Of a stretch of DNA of 64,000 bases, positions 62,134 through 64,000 are shown piece after piece. A model generated the notes under the pieces. The model was not told the DNA's origin. It was given only the letters and a program-made list of their open reading frames with translations, and did no database searches. Position numbers and translations under genes: made by a program. Source of the stretch: an uncultured Phycisphaerales bacterium (GTDB taxonomy: Bacteria > Planctomycetota > Phycisphaerae > Tepidisphaerales > Tepidisphaeraceae); NCBI GenBank assembly GCA_963755915.1, contig CAVWLP010000002.1:2400001-2464000 (forward strand), in the 5' to 3' direction. Positions within the stretch are counted from its first letter, which is position 1, and every line of letters begins with the position of its first letter.

Positions 62134-63057
62134 ATGTCGGATGTGACGACCGATTATCGCAAGTATCTCGACCCGCGGACGCTGGCGCGGATTGGGTCGC
62201 TCGATTTGCGGGCAAGGCTTGTGGTCGAGGGGCTCATGGCGGGGATGCATCGGTCGCCGTATCACGGGATTTCTGTCGAGTTTGCGCAGCATCGGCAGTA
62301 TGTGCCGGGGGATGATATTCGGCATGTGGACTGGAAAGTTTTCGCCAAGACGGACAAGGTTTATCTGAAGCAGTATCTGGAGGAGACGAACCTTCATCTC
62401 ATCTGCGTCGTCGATGCCAGCGAGTCGATGGGGTATGGGTCGATTGGGAGCGGGGATGCTTCCTGGAGCAAATATGACCATGCGACGGCGATTGCGGCGT
62501 CGCTTTCTTACCTGGCGATTCAGCAGCAGGATTCGGTGGGCCTGGCGATTTTCGACAATGATTTGAGGAAGTATTTCAAGCCGAGCAATTTGCCGGCGCA
62601 GTGGAAGACGATTACGCATGAATTGCTGCTGGTGCCGCGATTGAAGAAGACTGGGACGGGACGGGTGTTGGATCAACTGGCGGAGAAATTGACGCACCGG
62701 AGTGTCGTCGTTTTGCTGAGCGATTTTTTTGATGATATTGATTCGGTGCAGCATGGGCTGCGGCATTTGCGGTATCGGAAGCATGAGGTGATCGCGTTTC
62801 AGATTCTGGATCCGATGGAGGTGGAGTTTCCGTTCGAGGATGTGACTCTATTTAAGGGGATGGAGGAGATGGGGGAATTGCTGACGGAGCCGCAGAGCCT
62901 GCGGCAGGGGTATCTGGCGGAGATGCGTTCTTTCACGGGTGAACTGAAGAAACTGTGCAGGGGGATGCATATCGATTTCACGCAGATGAACAGCGGGCAG
63001 CCGTTGGATGTGGCTTTGAGTAGTTTTCTTGCAATTCGCGCGGCGAGCATTCGGTGA
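62134..63057 (+). CDS. DUF58 protein (vWA-like, MoxR-associated)
   Basis: GMHRSPYHGISVEFAQHRQYVPGDDIRHVDWK, DASESM and LLSDF. Confidence 0.93.
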   Translation: MSDVTTDYRKYLDPRTLARIGSLDLRARLVVEGLMAGMHRSPYHGISVEFAQHRQYVPGDDIRHVDWKVFAKTDKVYLKQYLEETNLHLICVVDASESMGYGSIGSGDASWSKYDHATAIAASLSYLAIQQQDSVGLAIFDNDLRKYFKPSNLPAQWKTITHELLLVPRLKKTGTGRVLDQLAEKLTHRSVVVLLSDFFDDIDSVQHGLRHLRYRKHEVIAFQILDPMEVEFPFEDVTLFKGMEEMGELLTEPQSLRQGYLAEMRSFTGELKKLCRGMHIDFTQMNSGQPLDVALSSFLAIRAASIR

Positions 63058-63059
63058 GG

Positions 63060-64000
63060 ATGATGTTGGCGTTTGTCCTGATATCGCCGCTGTTTTTGTG
63101 GGCCGGGCTGGGGCTGATGGGGGTGCCGATCCTGATTCATTTTTTGAATCGACGGCGATTCAAGGTGGTGCCGTGGGCGGCGATGGAATTTTTGCTGCGG
63201 GCGATGAAGAAGAATCGCCGCCGGTTGCGGTTTGAGCAATTGCTTTTGCTGGCAACGAGGTGTGCGGTTTTGCTGCTGGCGGGGTTGGCGCTTTCGCGGC
63301 CGCTGGGGTGTCAGGAGAGTTCGCTGGGGGAGCTGGCGGGGCAGAGGACGGGGGTGCATGTTTTTGTGATCAATACCGGGTATTCGATGGCGTACCAGGC
63401 AGATCGCGCGGGGGCGCGGACGCAGCTCGACCAGGCGAAGATTATTGCCAAGGCGCTGATTGAAAGGCTCAGTTCGGGAGGGGAGGCAGTGTCGATTGTG
63501 GCGGCTTCGTCGCCGCCGCGGGAGATCATCGGGGCGCCGATTTACGATTTGAAGGCGGCGGAAGATGCGGTGGATCGGATCAAGCAGTCTTGGGGGGCGA
63601 CGGATGAGGCGGGGGCGCTGGCGATGGCGCGGGATATCGCGCGGCATGAGCCGGTGAATTCGAATAAGTATCTTTACCTCATCGACGATTCGACCCGGGT
63701 GGCGTGGCAGACGCGCGGGGATGTGATGGCGCAGCTCGGGCACGAACTGGCCGATTTGTATAAGTCGGGGATCACGCATTTTAATCTTGGGAAGAGCGGG
63801 CAGTGGAACCAGGCGGTGGTGGATTTGTCGCCGGCCCAGGGGCTGATCACGAGCCGGTTCGCGACGGATTTGATCACGGATATCAGGGCGTATGGGCCTT
63901 GTCCGACCGATCCGCGGATGGTGCTGAAGCTGGATGGGATTCCGCTGGTGGGCAGCGCGATGGCGGTGCATCCGACAGCGGCGGCAGCGCCGGTGACAGT
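63060..64000 (+). CDS. BatA-domain/vWA protein (runs off the window end)
   Basis: Manual translation MMLAF...VPILIHFLNRRRFKVVPWAAMEFL...RFEQLLLLATR...ALSRP...FVINTGYSM. Confidence 0.88.
   Translation, partial: MMLAFVLISPLFLWAGLGLMGVPILIHFLNRRRFKVVPWAAMEFLLRAMKKNRRRLRFEQLLLLATRCAVLLLAGLALSRPLGCQESSLGELAGQRTGVHVFVINTGYSMAYQADRAGARTQLDQAKIIAKALIERLSSGGEAVSIVAASSPPREIIGAPIYDLKAAEDAVDRIKQSWGATDEAGALAMARDIARHEPVNSNKYLYLIDDSTRVAWQTRGDVMAQLGHELADLYKSGITHFNLGKSGQWNQAVVDLSPAQGLITSRFATDLITDIRAYGPCPTDPRMVLKLDGIPLVGSAMAVHPTAAAAPVT

Overview
This is a GC-rich bacterial window. Gene content points to Planctomycetota, probably Phycisphaerae (inference from PEP-CTERM/dockerin-like proteins, sulfatase+FGE, Uma2 paralogues, MoxR-DUF58-BatA and an ECF sigma factor). 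Most of it is core or metabolic: degP-like protease, panB, an M16 peptidase pair, DUF1015, ispH, rfbA/B/D, hldD, dat, a UbiD-family decarboxylase, pheS, rplU, gap and mutM, plus three c-di-GMP proteins. About 18 genes are broken by single-base frameshifts, most likely long-read indel errors rather than biology. The most notable feature is a ~1.67 kb integrase-less element (27301-28970) carrying higBA. Its two ends, joined, rebuild a tRNA-Phe 3' half (attP-like), it has paired arm-type repeats, and it appears inserted at a non-tRNA secondary site between two convergent stop codons. Also present: two different IS4-family elements 30 bp apart, several families of short intergenic repeats (including a 30-bp palindrome nested inside other repeats), two candidate structured ncRNAs, a trypanosomatid/spirochaete-type GAPDH, and G/C-skew domains that flip independently of gene orientation. 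No CRISPR array, rRNA or intact tRNA was seen.
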